Shown: positions 9,172-19,207, numbered from the stretch's first letter. The stretch is 64,000 nucleotides of DNA from Abditibacterium sp. (GCA_965199495.1 CBDASK010000003.1:672001-736000); one strand, 5' to 3'. Program-made: numbers and translations. Notes: a model not told the origin generated them from the letters alone.

Positions 9172-9281
9172 AGGTGGCAAGTGAAAGGTAACAGGTGGCA
9201 AGTTCGGGCGCATAAAACGCGACTGCGTATCGCCCCAGATTTCCCCACCTGTTACCTGCCACCTGTCACCTGTCACCTTTA
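9169..9281. repeat. Inverted pair of heptamer tandem arrays
   Basis: AGGTGGC/AAGTGAA/AGGTAAC/AGGTGGC facing CACCTGT/TACCTGC/CACCTGT/CACCTGT/CACCTTT; termini TAAAGGTG...CACCTTTA. Confidence 0.85.
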
Positions 9282-9283
9282 AT

Positions 9284-10024
9284 ATGTATAGTCCTTACGA
9301 TTTCAACCAATCTATCGCGCACCGCGCCGAATATGTCGAAGAGCGCCTCAAATCCGGCATGCCGGTCATCGCGCTTTCCTACGACAAAGGCATTCTGCTG
9401 TGGACGCTCAAGCGCACGCAGCGCAAAGTGTTCGAGATTTACGACCAAATTATGTATTCGGCTATCGGCAATCAGGCCGATGTCGAAGCCGTCCGCTTGG
9501 CGGCGATTGACTTTTGCCATCAAGAAGGTTTTTCGCGCTCGCCCGACGATGTTTCGTTGCAGCGCCTCATCGGTTTCGTGTTGTCGCCGCCGCTCAAACG
9601 CGCGTTTGGCGACCCGATGACTTCGCCCAATGTTTTGCGCGCCATCTTCGCCGAAATTGGAGCCACGTCCAACCAAGACCAACTTTTCGTGTTGAATTAC
9701 GACGGCGAATTTTCGACGCGTTCGACTTACGCCGCCGCTGGCGGCAGCGAAGGTGCCGAAGACGCGATGTTGGAAAAACTCGCGACGTATGAAGGCACGC
9801 CCAATTTAGGCGAAGCGATAAAGCGCGCCAAAGAAGTTTTCGAGATCGGTCTGGCGCCGCTTCGTTTAGATGACGAAGAGGCAGACGAGATGGAAAACAA
9901 TCCCAACGAGAAATCGCTGTTGGAAATCGCGCTCGAAGACGGCAATTTCGAGGCGGCGGTTCTGGAGCGCGACACGCCGCGCGAAAGCAAATTCCGCGTT
10001 TTGGGCGCGCAGGAAATCGCTTAG
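9284..10024 (+). CDS. prcA: 20S proteasome alpha subunit
   Basis: MYSPYD..RAEYVEERLKSGMPVIAL, KVFEIYD, FEAAVLER; follows prcB. Confidence 0.9.
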   Translation: MYSPYDFNQSIAHRAEYVEERLKSGMPVIALSYDKGILLWTLKRTQRKVFEIYDQIMYSAIGNQADVEAVRLAAIDFCHQEGFSRSPDDVSLQRLIGFVLSPPLKRAFGDPMTSPNVLRAIFAEIGATSNQDQLFVLNYDGEFSTRSTYAAAGGSEGAEDAMLEKLATYEGTPNLGEAIKRAKEVFEIGLAPLRLDDEEADEMENNPNEKSLLEIALEDGNFEAAVLERDTPRESKFRVLGAQEIA

Positions 10025-10144
10025 TTGTCGCAGAATTGCAGAGCTATCGCGTTTGAGAACGCGAGCTTTGTGCTTCCTCAAAAATTAGCGTTTGGGACGC
10101 GACAAGTTTACGTCTGTGCGAGCGGTTCACAAGCGGTTTTACAA

Positions 10145-10186
10145 GCGAAAAGGGCGGCGACTCGGTTGAGTCGCCGCCCTTTTCGC
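10145..10186. terminator. Bidirectional intrinsic terminator-like hairpin
   Basis: GCGAAAAGGGCGGCGACTC-GGTT-GAGTCGCCGCCCTTTTCGC between convergent prcA and the S8 gene. Confidence 0.8.
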
Positions 10187-10203
10187 ATTTGGCTATTCGC
10201 GTT

Positions 10204-13200
10204 TTACGAACCGCCGCCCGACGGTGCGCTCTGGCTCTTGGTCACAATTGACGGAATCACGTTAATCGTGGCCGTCGCCAACGGCGAAGTGCGTCCGTGG
10301 GGATCAGTGGCAACGAACTGAATGGTTTCCGTGTCGCTGAAGTCGGGGCGACTGATATAAGTCAGAGTCGCCGTGTTGTCGGCGTTGTTGACGATAGTCA
10401 CGTCACCACCGGCCACGCTGCCGATACGACGGAAGGTCACGGTTTCGCCATCGGCATCAGTGCCGCTCAGCGTAAACGAAACGCTCTGGCCAGCCACGAC
10501 AGTGCCACTGACGGAGGACGTTGCAGGGGCATTGTTGAAGACTTTGACGTTATTCGTCGCCGTCCCGACATCGTTGCCGCGCGTGGCCGTGACCACGACG
10601 CGAATCCGGTCTTCGGGATCGCCGTTGCCCGGCTTGGCCAGCGAAAGCTGATTAGTGGTTTCGCCGGACAAAAGAGCGTCGTTGACATACCACTGGTAGG
10701 TTAAAGTCGCGCCCGTCATATCGCGGATGATCGGCGTGGCCGTCAAAACGTCGTCGGTCATCGGGCTAATCGGCGTCAGCTGGACGCCCAGACCAATCGG
10801 TTGCACCGAGTCTTGCACGGTAATCGAAATCTTTCCGATATTGGAAGTCTGGCGGCTGGTATCGGTCGCCACAAAGCGCACCTCTTCCAAACCGATGAAG
10901 TCGCGGCGACTGCGATAAACGAACACGGGTTTGCCATCGCGCACCGTGAAATTGCCGGTGCCATTGCGCGGGCCGCCGACACTCTTGAAGGTCAACACAT
11001 CCTTATCGGAATCGGCGCTAACCAGAGGCACCACGATTTCGTCGCCGCCTCTTCCTGTCATGGCAGCATTGGCGACGATAGGCACGGTGTTCACGATGGT
11101 GGCGCGGTTGGTCGCCTGCGAGCCTTTATCTGCGCCCGCCGTGGCTGTGATCGTGACGCTCACGACCTGTCCTTTGTCGCCCTGACCGGGCACCGACAGG
11201 TCGAAGGTATTTTTAGTCGCGCCAGCAATCGGCTTGGCGTTCACGCTCCACTGGTAAGAGTAAGCCGCGCCCTTGGGCGTCGTGGTGACTGGAGTCGCGG
11301 TGACAGTATCAAAGGTATGCGGCCCCACCGGAGTAATTGAAACGCCCAGAGCCGAAGGTTTGGCGGCGGCATCCAAGGCGCGATTCGCCATAATAATGCC
11401 ATAGCCGGAATCGCGGTCAACGCCACGGGCATTGATGTCGAGCGCCGTGTTTTGCAGAAAACCGCGAATTTGCGCGGGCGAGAGCTTACGATTGTAGCTC
11501 AGCACGAGCGCCGCAATCGCGCCCGCGTGGGGCGCGGCTGCCGAAGTGCCGTAAAATGGTGCAAAGCCCGGAGTCGCCGTTTTGCCCCCATCGGCGGCAG
11601 TGATATCAGGCTTTTGCAGAGTGCGTGCGCCCGTCGGCGCGCCGTCTGCGCCAAAATAGAGCACGCGCGGGCCATCGTCGGTGAAGGTTTCGACCGGATT
11701 GGTGTCGCCCCCGGTGAAGAGACCGGGCGCCGATTTCGTGGCATCGGTCGCGGACACGCTAAACGCGTTGGGAGTGTCGGCGGCGGCGTGGCCGCGCACA
11801 GAACCTTCCGTGGCGATGGCCAGTTGCGACCCGCCAGAGCCGCCCACATCAAGATGTAAAAAGCGATCTTGGCTGCCATTGGCTTTGACGATTACCACAC
11901 GTTGCCCCACCGAAACTCCGCCGATTCCTTCAAAAGGGTCTTGCGTGCCGGTCTGGGGATCGGTGGAGGCAGCGATCACCTTGGTGCCAGTACTATCGAG
12001 CAAAAACAGATCGTAGTCGTTAGTTGATTTGTTCGGCGGATCCGTCCAGAAGAGCAAGGCATTAGTGGTGCCTCCGCCGAGGTTTCCCGTGATGGTATCA
12101 GAGGTCACGCCGCCGCCAAAATCATGCAACTGACCGTTGGTAGAAAAAAGTCCCGGAGTTGATCCACCACTGCGGAACTGGCTGCGATACGTGCTGGAGG
12201 TGCCGTCATCTTTGTTGCCGGTGTTGCCCGACGCCGAAAAGTAAAGCGCGCCATCTTCGCAAACCGCCTTGACGGCCTTCTCGGTAATGCCAAAGGCAAA
12301 CGGCGAGTCATCCATGGCAAAACCGATGTCATCGATGATAATATCGCAACCCGCCTTGCGCAAAGCCAAAATGTTCTGCGCCATCTGTTCCGGGCCGGGA
12401 ATGGCGGTCGCAAAAAACAGTTGAGCGCCGGGCGCGAGATCGTGCACGATTTCGAGCATCGCCGTGCCTTCGCTCGATCCCGAACCCGCCTGCCCAGGCA
12501 AAACCGTGACGGGAGGCAGTTCGCCAGCAGCCTGCAACGCGGCCAGAGATTCGACGCTATCGGAAATAACGCCGATTTTGACGCCGGTGCCGTCCACGTT
12601 ATATTTCGCGCGCGCGATGTTGGCGCCGTGCGCCGCGTCGCCTTCGGAAACAACCGCGCCCTGACTGGCCGCCTTTTGAATCTGTTGGCTGAGCGCCTCC
12701 CGCACAGCCACGCCGTCGCCGTCTTCCATGTTTTGCGCGAGTCGCGTCGGTTGCGCGCCACGCGACGATTTGACTATCGCCACATCGGGCGGGCCAATCC
12801 ACTGCACGTCGGAGCGTGCGGCGATGGTTTCCAAAGCCGAAAGCGGCAAAGTGGCGCGGATCGCATTGTATTGCGGGAAGCTGGAGGTAATAGTGCCGCC
12901 GGATTGCTGAATGGCCACCAGCAAACCGGGCGTGACGGTGGCGCGAATGTCCACGGTGACACCGCCACCTGCGGCGCGGGTAACGCGGGTCGCCAATTTG
13001 GACACGCCACGCGCAATAAGCTGGTTGCGGCTCTCTTTCACCGCGAAAACCAACTGCGAACTGATCTTCTTTTGCGCGGGCGTGCGATTGACTTTTTCTT
13101 GCTCCAAAGACGCGATTTGCGACTTGGCAGAAACGCTCAAATCCTGCGCCTGCGCAACGCCCAACCCAAACAACAGATACGCACCGGAAACGACAAGAGC

Positions 13201-13329
13201 GACAAAGCCCGTCTTGGCAAGCCGCTTGCTCTGAGAATTTGAAGACGACAACTCGCCTTCAGTAGGGACGCCAGTGCATGCCGTAACACCACTGGGAAAT
13301 TTGCCAACAAAGGGCACAAAAAGTCTCAT
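10204..13329 (-). CDS. Secreted S8 (subtilisin-like) serine peptidase with C-terminal Ig-like repeats
   Basis: GVKIGVISDS, EGTAMLEIVHDLAPGA, KPDITAADG, GTSAAAPH; signal-like hydrophobic segment; duplicated Ig-like units. Confidence 0.9.
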   Translation of the reverse strand: MRLFVPFVGKFPSGVTACTGVPTEGELSSSNSQSKRLAKTGFVALVVSGAYLLFGLGVAQAQDLSVSAKSQIASLEQEKVNRTPAQKKISSQLVFAVKESRNQLIARGVSKLATRVTRAAGGGVTVDIRATVTPGLLVAIQQSGGTITSSFPQYNAIRATLPLSALETIAARSDVQWIGPPDVAIVKSSRGAQPTRLAQNMEDGDGVAVREALSQQIQKAASQGAVVSEGDAAHGANIARAKYNVDGTGVKIGVISDSVESLAALQAAGELPPVTVLPGQAGSGSSEGTAMLEIVHDLAPGAQLFFATAIPGPEQMAQNILALRKAGCDIIIDDIGFAMDDSPFAFGITEKAVKAVCEDGALYFSASGNTGNKDDGTSSTYRSQFRSGGSTPGLFSTNGQLHDFGGGVTSDTITGNLGGGTTNALLFWTDPPNKSTNDYDLFLLDSTGTKVIAASTDPQTGTQDPFEGIGGVSVGQRVVIVKANGSQDRFLHLDVGGSGGSQLAIATEGSVRGHAAADTPNAFSVSATDATKSAPGLFTGGDTNPVETFTDDGPRVLYFGADGAPTGARTLQKPDITAADGGKTATPGFAPFYGTSAAAPHAGAIAALVLSYNRKLSPAQIRGFLQNTALDINARGVDRDSGYGIIMANRALDAAAKPSALGVSITPVGPHTFDTVTATPVTTTPKGAAYSYQWSVNAKPIAGATKNTFDLSVPGQGDKGQVVSVTITATAGADKGSQATNRATIVNTVPIVANAAMTGRGGDEIVVPLVSADSDKDVLTFKSVGGPRNGTGNFTVRDGKPVFVYRSRRDFIGLEEVRFVATDTSRQTSNIGKISITVQDSVQPIGLGVQLTPISPMTDDVLTATPIIRDMTGATLTYQWYVNDALLSGETTNQLSLAKPGNGDPEDRIRVVVTATRGNDVGTATNNVKVFNNAPATSSVSGTVVAGQSVSFTLSGTDADGETVTFRRIGSVAGGDVTIVNNADNTATLTYISRPDFSDTETIQFVATDPHGRTSPLATATINVIPSIVTKSQSAPSGGGS

Positions 13330-13548
13330 GGAATGGAGGGGATAAATTGAATCCTAAAATAACACGCGCCACAATAATTTGAAAATTCGCGCGCGAAAAT
13401 TTTCATCGCAGTTTGCAGTTTTAAACCTCCACTGTCAAGACGCAAATAGCAAATGACTTTTTCTCATTACATTTCCCGATACCAATTAAGCGACATTAAA
13501 TATATATGATTGGAATTTATTTTTAGTTTTCGCTATTTCGTGGACTGA

Positions 13549-14420
13549 GAGTCTGTGCTCGAATGGAATAATTGGGTCAGACTGATGTTTGATGCGCCGC
13601 GCTTACGATACTGATTTGACCGACGAACAATGGGCCGAGGTTCGCCCTTATGTGGAGAGTTTTAGAGGACGCCATGCCAGCGTGAGCCGCCGTGAGATCG
13701 TCAACGCCATCCTTTATGTCGCGCACACGGGGTGTCAGTGGAGAAACTTGCCCCATGATTTTCCTACTTGGAGCACGGTGTATTCTTGTTTTCATCGCTG
13801 GAGTTGGAACGGCGTGTTAGACCAATTATATACCTCGTTGCACCAAGAAGTGAGACTTACACACGGTAAAAAAGCAAGGCCAACGCTGGGTATTGTAGAC
13901 AGCCAAAGCGTCAAAGTGCCCGCCAAAGGGGGCACTGCTGTTTGCTGCAAAGGGGCTGGGATGGCGGCAAAAAGATAAACGGGCGCAAGCGATTTGTGGT
14001 GGTGGATTCTTTGGGCTACTGGATCGAGGTGCTGGTATTGCCCGCCAGTGTGCCTGAACGCGCCGGAGCCAAAAAGCTGTTTGTCGAGATGGAAGGGCAG
14101 GAGATGAGCGCCCAGTTGAGCACAATCATCGCGGATGCGGGCTTCGAGGGCGAGGAGTGGCAGGAGCAGATGTATCAGCAGTTTGGCTTAGAGGTTGAGA
14201 TCGTCAAGCGCAGCGACGAGGCCGAGGGCTTTGAGTTGCTGCCTCAACGCTGGATTGTCGAACGCAGTTTCGGTTAGATGAACTACTATCGTCGCTTGAG
14301 CAAAGACTATGAAGGCCATGTCAGGCTCAGCCGGTCTTGGATGCTGTGGGCCATGATCGACAAGATACTTCACACCCTGGAGCCAGATTGGTGAAAATTA
14401 CTCCTTTCGAGTACAGACTC
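13549..14420 (+). mobile_element. IS5-family insertion sequence (872 bp) with 25-bp terminal inverted repeats and a TGA target duplication
   Basis: Left GAGTCTGTGCTCGAATGGAATAATT vs reverse complement of right GAGTCTGTACTCGAAAGGAGTAATT; TGA at 13546-13548 and 14421-14423. Confidence 0.93.
13592..14393 (+). pseudogene. IS5 transposase, orfA/orfB in -1 frame, with a premature TAG
   Basis: YDTDLTDEQW, TGCQWRNLPHDFP, IVDSQSVK / GWDGGKKINGRKR, ADAGF, RWIVERSFG*MNYYRRLSKDYE (TAG at 14275-14277 where Trp is expected). Confidence 0.88.
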
Positions 14421-14462
14421 TGAAGACAACATTCTATCGCGCGTCCAATTCTCTTGTTTGCT

Positions 14463-14650
14463 TTACAAGGGTATTTTTTTGGAATTGTCGTGTGAACCGG
14501 CGCGTGAGCAAGCCGGGCCGTCTCACACTTTAGCGCGTTCTTCTTGCGGTATTAGGCGTGAATGGGTAACAACAAGAGCCAAAGTGTGAGACGGCCCGGC
14601 TTGCTCACGCGCCGGTTCACACGACAATTCCAAAAAAAATACCCTTGTAA
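14463..14650. repeat. Long palindromic element (GTGAGCAAGCCGGGCCG family)
   Basis: About 69-bp arms at 14463-14531 and 14581-14650, differing only by one base in a T/A run. Confidence 0.93.
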
Positions 14651-14809
14651 TCCTCTCGTTTGGAAAGACTGAGGATTAAGAAGTCGCTTTTAATCGCTGG
14701 CAGTGTTTGGCCCCAACTTATTCGAGAGCGGCAATTTGGCAGCAAATAAATTTTTTCGCTTGGATTCTTTGCTCCCGAAACACGCAAAACACGTCACACT
14801 TAATTCAAC

Positions 14810-16297
14810 ATGGAACAACGCATCGTCGGTATCGAAACCGAATTTGGCTGTATGGTTCGCTCCGACCGGCTGGGCGGACGTGGCTCCTCCGAGCGCATCG
14901 TCGAAGCCGTTAAAGATCACGCTTTTCTGCGCCGCAAAATGGGACTGCTCGATATGCACGCCCGCGATTACGCTTTCGAGCCAGCGCGGAGCGGCGGTTT
15001 TCTCATCAACGGCGGGCGTTTATACGTCGATGCCGTCGGCTCGCACGAAGAATACGCCACGCCCGAATGCACGACCTGGCGCGATGTCGTGGCCTACGAC
15101 CGCGCCGGTCGCGTCATCTTGCAAGATTTAGTCGAAGACTTGGAACTGCAAGACGACGTGGCTTTCTACGCCAATTCGATTGATCATTTCGGCGGGCACA
15201 CCTTCGGTTGCCACGAAAATTATTTGGTGGACATTTCGGCGAGCGCGTTTCGCGGCAGTCTGGGACTTTTGATGCCGTTTCTGGTGACACGCCAAATTTT
15301 CGCGGGCGTCGGGCGCGTCGGCGGACACAAACTCAACCGTCACGATTTCCGGCGCAACATCATGAGCGTCGGCGAACACGAAGTGGACACGATGTGGGTC
15401 GCCGATTTCTACGGCGTTGAAATTGACGATTCGGTGGATTATCAATTGTCGCAACGCGCCGATCACATCGTCAACACGGTTTCCTCGCGCGTGCGTTTTA
15501 ATCGCGCGATTATCAATCCCAAACGCGATTCGTATTACGATTATTCGGATTTGCACCGTCTTCACGTTTTGTATGGCGAGCCGAATATGAACGAATACGC
15601 GATGTGGCTCAAAATCGCCACGACGTGCATCGTGTTGGATTTGCTCGATATGAAAGTCGTGCCCAACGAAGTCAAACTCGAAGACCCACTTGCGGCGCTC
15701 AAAGAAGTTTCGCGCGACCAATCAATGAAATGGCCGGTCAGTCGTTCGCAAGGCGGCACGATGGGCGCGATTGATTTGCAGCGCATTTATCTGGACGCGG
15801 CGAAGAAACATCTCAAAGGCAAAGACGCGCAAACCGACGAAGCCATTCGCGAATGGGAAACCACGCTCGCGGTGTTGGAGCGCGATCCGATGAAGCTGGC
15901 CGACCGTTTGGATTGGGTCGCCAAAAAGCAGATTCTGCAAGAGTTCATGGATTCGGAAAAAGTCGAATGGGGCGACGATATTCTGCATTCGCTCGATATG
16001 GAATATCATAATATCGACCCGAAATCGAGTTTGTATTACGGCCTCGAAGAGATCGGGCGCGCCAAACGGATGCTGACCGACGAGCAGATTCGCAACGCCG
16101 TTTCTAATCCGCCGCAAAACACCCGCGCCAAAGGCCGCGCCGAAGTAATTCAGCAACTCATCGCGCACAAATGGGGACGCTATTTAATTGACTGGGATTG
16201 GGTGCGCGTCGACAAAGATCGGCATCTGGAACTACGCAATCCGTTTCATACCTACGAGGAAGAAGCCGCAGCGTTTACCGAATCGTTGAACTGGTAA
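14810..16297 (+). CDS. pafA: PafA/Dop-family protein, PafA-like (candidate UBact ligase)
   Basis: GIETEFG, NGGRLYVDAVGSHEEYATPEC, GCHENY, PFLVTRQIFAG, SQRADH, LDWVAK, LDMEYH, PPQNTRA. Confidence 0.85.
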   Translation: MEQRIVGIETEFGCMVRSDRLGGRGSSERIVEAVKDHAFLRRKMGLLDMHARDYAFEPARSGGFLINGGRLYVDAVGSHEEYATPECTTWRDVVAYDRAGRVILQDLVEDLELQDDVAFYANSIDHFGGHTFGCHENYLVDISASAFRGSLGLLMPFLVTRQIFAGVGRVGGHKLNRHDFRRNIMSVGEHEVDTMWVADFYGVEIDDSVDYQLSQRADHIVNTVSSRVRFNRAIINPKRDSYYDYSDLHRLHVLYGEPNMNEYAMWLKIATTCIVLDLLDMKVVPNEVKLEDPLAALKEVSRDQSMKWPVSRSQGGTMGAIDLQRIYLDAAKKHLKGKDAQTDEAIREWETTLAVLERDPMKLADRLDWVAKKQILQEFMDSEKVEWGDDILHSLDMEYHNIDPKSSLYYGLEEIGRAKRMLTDEQIRNAVSNPPQNTRAKGRAEVIQQLIAHKWGRYLIDWDWVRVDKDRHLELRNPFHTYEEEAAAFTESLNW

Positions 16298-16357
16298 TTG
16301 CGGGAATGAAAAGCGCGTTAGACAAATTGTCTGGCGCGCTTTTGCGTTTGCCGATGT

Positions 16358-19207
16358 TTACTGAAAATAAGTCACGCTCGGCAACAGATAGCGGCGTTGT
16401 GGCGGCGTCAGCGCCGCCACGAGAATCTCCAGGCGCGTGCGGTCGAGGCCGTTGTTCGATTCGTTGCGGTCGTCTTTGATTTCGCCCAGCCATTGCAGCG
16501 CGCGCGGCAAGTCGTAGATTGACATCGCCCACGCCAGCTTTTCCTGCGAGACAACGAGCCTTTGATGGTTGTATGCTTCGTCGGGGATGGAATATTTCAC
16601 GTTCGGTTGCTGGCGTTTGCTCCATTGGTCTTCGAGCAGTAAACGCCCGGCGCCCGCATCGAAGTCGCGGAGCGCGAACGCGTAAGCCGCGACATCGCTC
16701 CAGCCCGCAGGCTCGAATGGCGAATGGCCTCCCAACGAGTTTTTGCGCGCGATTTCCATCAATTGCGCGGATAAATCGGCATCGAACGGGCGCGCGATTA
16801 ACGCCAGAGCGCCCGAACCCTCGGCATCTCTGTCGAGTAACCCAAAATTCAAGGCGCGCCGCGCGATTTCGCTTTGTCCGCTCGCAATCGCCGCGTGCGC
16901 GATGATGGCGGCGATTTCGTAAGTTTCGCCGGATTGAATGACGGCTTGAACTTTGTCCAAAGCATCAAGGGCGGCGGGCGCGTCAACCAAGGCCATCGAA
17001 CGCGCGAAGTTGGTGCGGCCCTGAAACAAGGCTTCCACGCTCGCCGAAATCGGCCCCATCGAATTGGATTTATCCGCCTGCGCATCCGCAGCCACGACTG
17101 CCGGATCGCTCGCCAATTTTTCTAAGCGCGCCAACAGCAATTTGGCTTGCGCGGGGTTGAGTTCCGCCTTCAACGCGCCGACGAGCGCCTGCATCTGTTC
17201 GGGCGCGGGCCAACTGCCGACGATTTCATCGAACCATTGCGGGTTGGCGCGCCACAAAGTTTCGCCCCATTCGGGCAGATATTGTCGCAGATATTCGCTG
17301 TGCGGCTTGTCAATTTGCCCCAGCCAAATATCGCGATATTTCTCGGCCTCTGGGCGCCCCAACGCGGCGCCGACGCTCATTACTTGCTCGGTGAGCGCGC
17401 TGTGATACCACTCCAATTTGTCCGGCGAGTCGGGCAGCCTCACCCGCGATTTCTGCGCGTCATACCATTTGGCGGCGAAGGCGCGCAGTTCTTCGTCGTC
17501 GGTTTGCGCGGCCAACATCGCGATTTCGCCCATGCCGAGGCTCCATGTGCCCGCGTCAAAGCGGCGCACTAATTCGACGCCTTCGCGCGCTCTATCTGCG
17601 CGCTCTGCGGGCGTGCGCGCCGAACGCGCGCGATCGGACAGATAATCGTCCAAGCCTTGGCCAATTTGCGTGGGGTTGGTTTTGTCATCGAAGCGGCGCG
17701 CCGCCTCGAAAACGCGACGCGCTCCCACTGCTTCGGTGTAGCGCCCCACATCGGAAATCCGCCTGATTTTGAGTTGCTCCCACATTTTTTCGATTTCCGC
17801 ATCGGGCAAAGCCGTCGCGGGCGATAATTTCAAATCAATCGCCACGCCCGGCGTCGCCGTGGCTGCGGTAAAGCGCAAACCGTCGCTGGCACTGATTGGC
17901 AGCGCTTTGAACGGCAGATTTTTAATTTCAAATTTGCCGTTGCCATCGGTTGTAACCAACTCGAATTGATCGGTGCGACTCCAGCCGACGCGCGCACCAG
18001 CCACGGCGACGCCGTTGGCATCGGTCACGCGGCCCGCGAACGTCGCGCCGATACGCTCGACTTCGATGGTGCCGACATCGAACTTCTTAGCGTCATCGGG
18101 CGACCAATCCACCACGGTTTTCTGGTTGTAATCGCCCTGCACTTTCAAGCCGTAAAACTTCTTTTGCACGCGCGCCTCAAAGCGTCCCTGTGCATCGGTT
18201 TCCAGCATCGTATCCCAAATATCAAGCTTTAATTTCACCCCCGCAACCGGCGCTTTCGTCACGTCATCTACGACAGTTCCAGTCAGCAACAAGCCTTCGT
18301 CGGCGCGCACGTCGCCGATGTCAACGACGGCGCCTTTGGCGGGAATTATAGCGGTAATTTTGTTTGATACGCCCGTCCAAGTCGGCGGCGGCGGATTGTT
18401 CGCTGAGACACTGAAATTTAATGTGTTTTCACCCACGGGCACACTCGGCAACTCGAAGCACCCTTGCGCATCGCTTTGCACGGCATCGCCATAATCGTTC
18501 AAATCCACATAAATTGAAGCCAGAGGGCGTCCCTCGAAATCTAAAACCCGCCCGCGCACTTTGCCCGCCGCACGCAGTTTGAGTTCGGGCGCCATCGTTT
18601 CGGCTTTGTCGATCCAAAAATTCTTTCCATCATCGGCAAATCCGGACGCGCGGACTTTGAAGCGCCCATAGCCGCGCGGCAAATCCGCGATTTCCCAGCG
18701 GCCAGCGGCGTCCGACGTGGTTGCTATCAGCGGCAAACCGGTTTGAATCGACGTATTAGAAAAATCGGCGTCGCTCTTTTCGGCGCTGACGAATTGAATC
18801 CGCGCGCCCGCTAGCGGCGCGCCCGCCGCATTTTTGACAAGTCCGCTCACGCGCACGCCCGCTTGCAGCATCAGCGTGTTTTCGCCCGCGAACAACGCCG
18901 TAACGCCATAACCCAATCTAGCATCGCGCACGCGCGCGCTACCCAAAACTGTGCGATCTCCGATGCGCATTTCGACTTCGCCCGGTCTGCCGGTCAGACC
19001 ATGAAAATCGAGCGCGAGCGTGCCGTTGGCTGCCGTTTGCGCAGTTGCGACGGCGGGCGGCTTTTCAACGGTATTATCCGCGTATTCGACGTTGGCGCCC
19101 GCGACTGGTTTGTTATCGGCATCAACCACACGAAGCGAGACCGGAACCGCACGCGCCGTGGCTGCTGTCAGGAGCAAGGCGCAAAACGCGCGTAAAAAGA
19201 GTTTCAT
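16358..19207 (-). CDS. Large secreted protein with repeated carboxypeptidase-regulatory-like (prealbumin-fold) domains and a helical C-terminal region
   Basis: Signal peptide MKLFLRAFCALLLTAATARA; repeated G.V.D..G.P.AGA.V and T..D..GRF motifs. Confidence 0.75.
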   Translation of the reverse strand: MKLFLRAFCALLLTAATARAVPVSLRVVDADNKPVAGANVEYADNTVEKPPAVATAQTAANGTLALDFHGLTGRPGEVEMRIGDRTVLGSARVRDARLGYGVTALFAGENTLMLQAGVRVSGLVKNAAGAPLAGARIQFVSAEKSDADFSNTSIQTGLPLIATTSDAAGRWEIADLPRGYGRFKVRASGFADDGKNFWIDKAETMAPELKLRAAGKVRGRVLDFEGRPLASIYVDLNDYGDAVQSDAQGCFELPSVPVGENTLNFSVSANNPPPPTWTGVSNKITAIIPAKGAVVDIGDVRADEGLLLTGTVVDDVTKAPVAGVKLKLDIWDTMLETDAQGRFEARVQKKFYGLKVQGDYNQKTVVDWSPDDAKKFDVGTIEVERIGATFAGRVTDANGVAVAGARVGWSRTDQFELVTTDGNGKFEIKNLPFKALPISASDGLRFTAATATPGVAIDLKLSPATALPDAEIEKMWEQLKIRRISDVGRYTEAVGARRVFEAARRFDDKTNPTQIGQGLDDYLSDRARSARTPAERADRAREGVELVRRFDAGTWSLGMGEIAMLAAQTDDEELRAFAAKWYDAQKSRVRLPDSPDKLEWYHSALTEQVMSVGAALGRPEAEKYRDIWLGQIDKPHSEYLRQYLPEWGETLWRANPQWFDEIVGSWPAPEQMQALVGALKAELNPAQAKLLLARLEKLASDPAVVAADAQADKSNSMGPISASVEALFQGRTNFARSMALVDAPAALDALDKVQAVIQSGETYEIAAIIAHAAIASGQSEIARRALNFGLLDRDAEGSGALALIARPFDADLSAQLMEIARKNSLGGHSPFEPAGWSDVAAYAFALRDFDAGAGRLLLEDQWSKRQQPNVKYSIPDEAYNHQRLVVSQEKLAWAMSIYDLPRALQWLGEIKDDRNESNNGLDRTRLEILVAALTPPQRRYLLPSVTYFQ

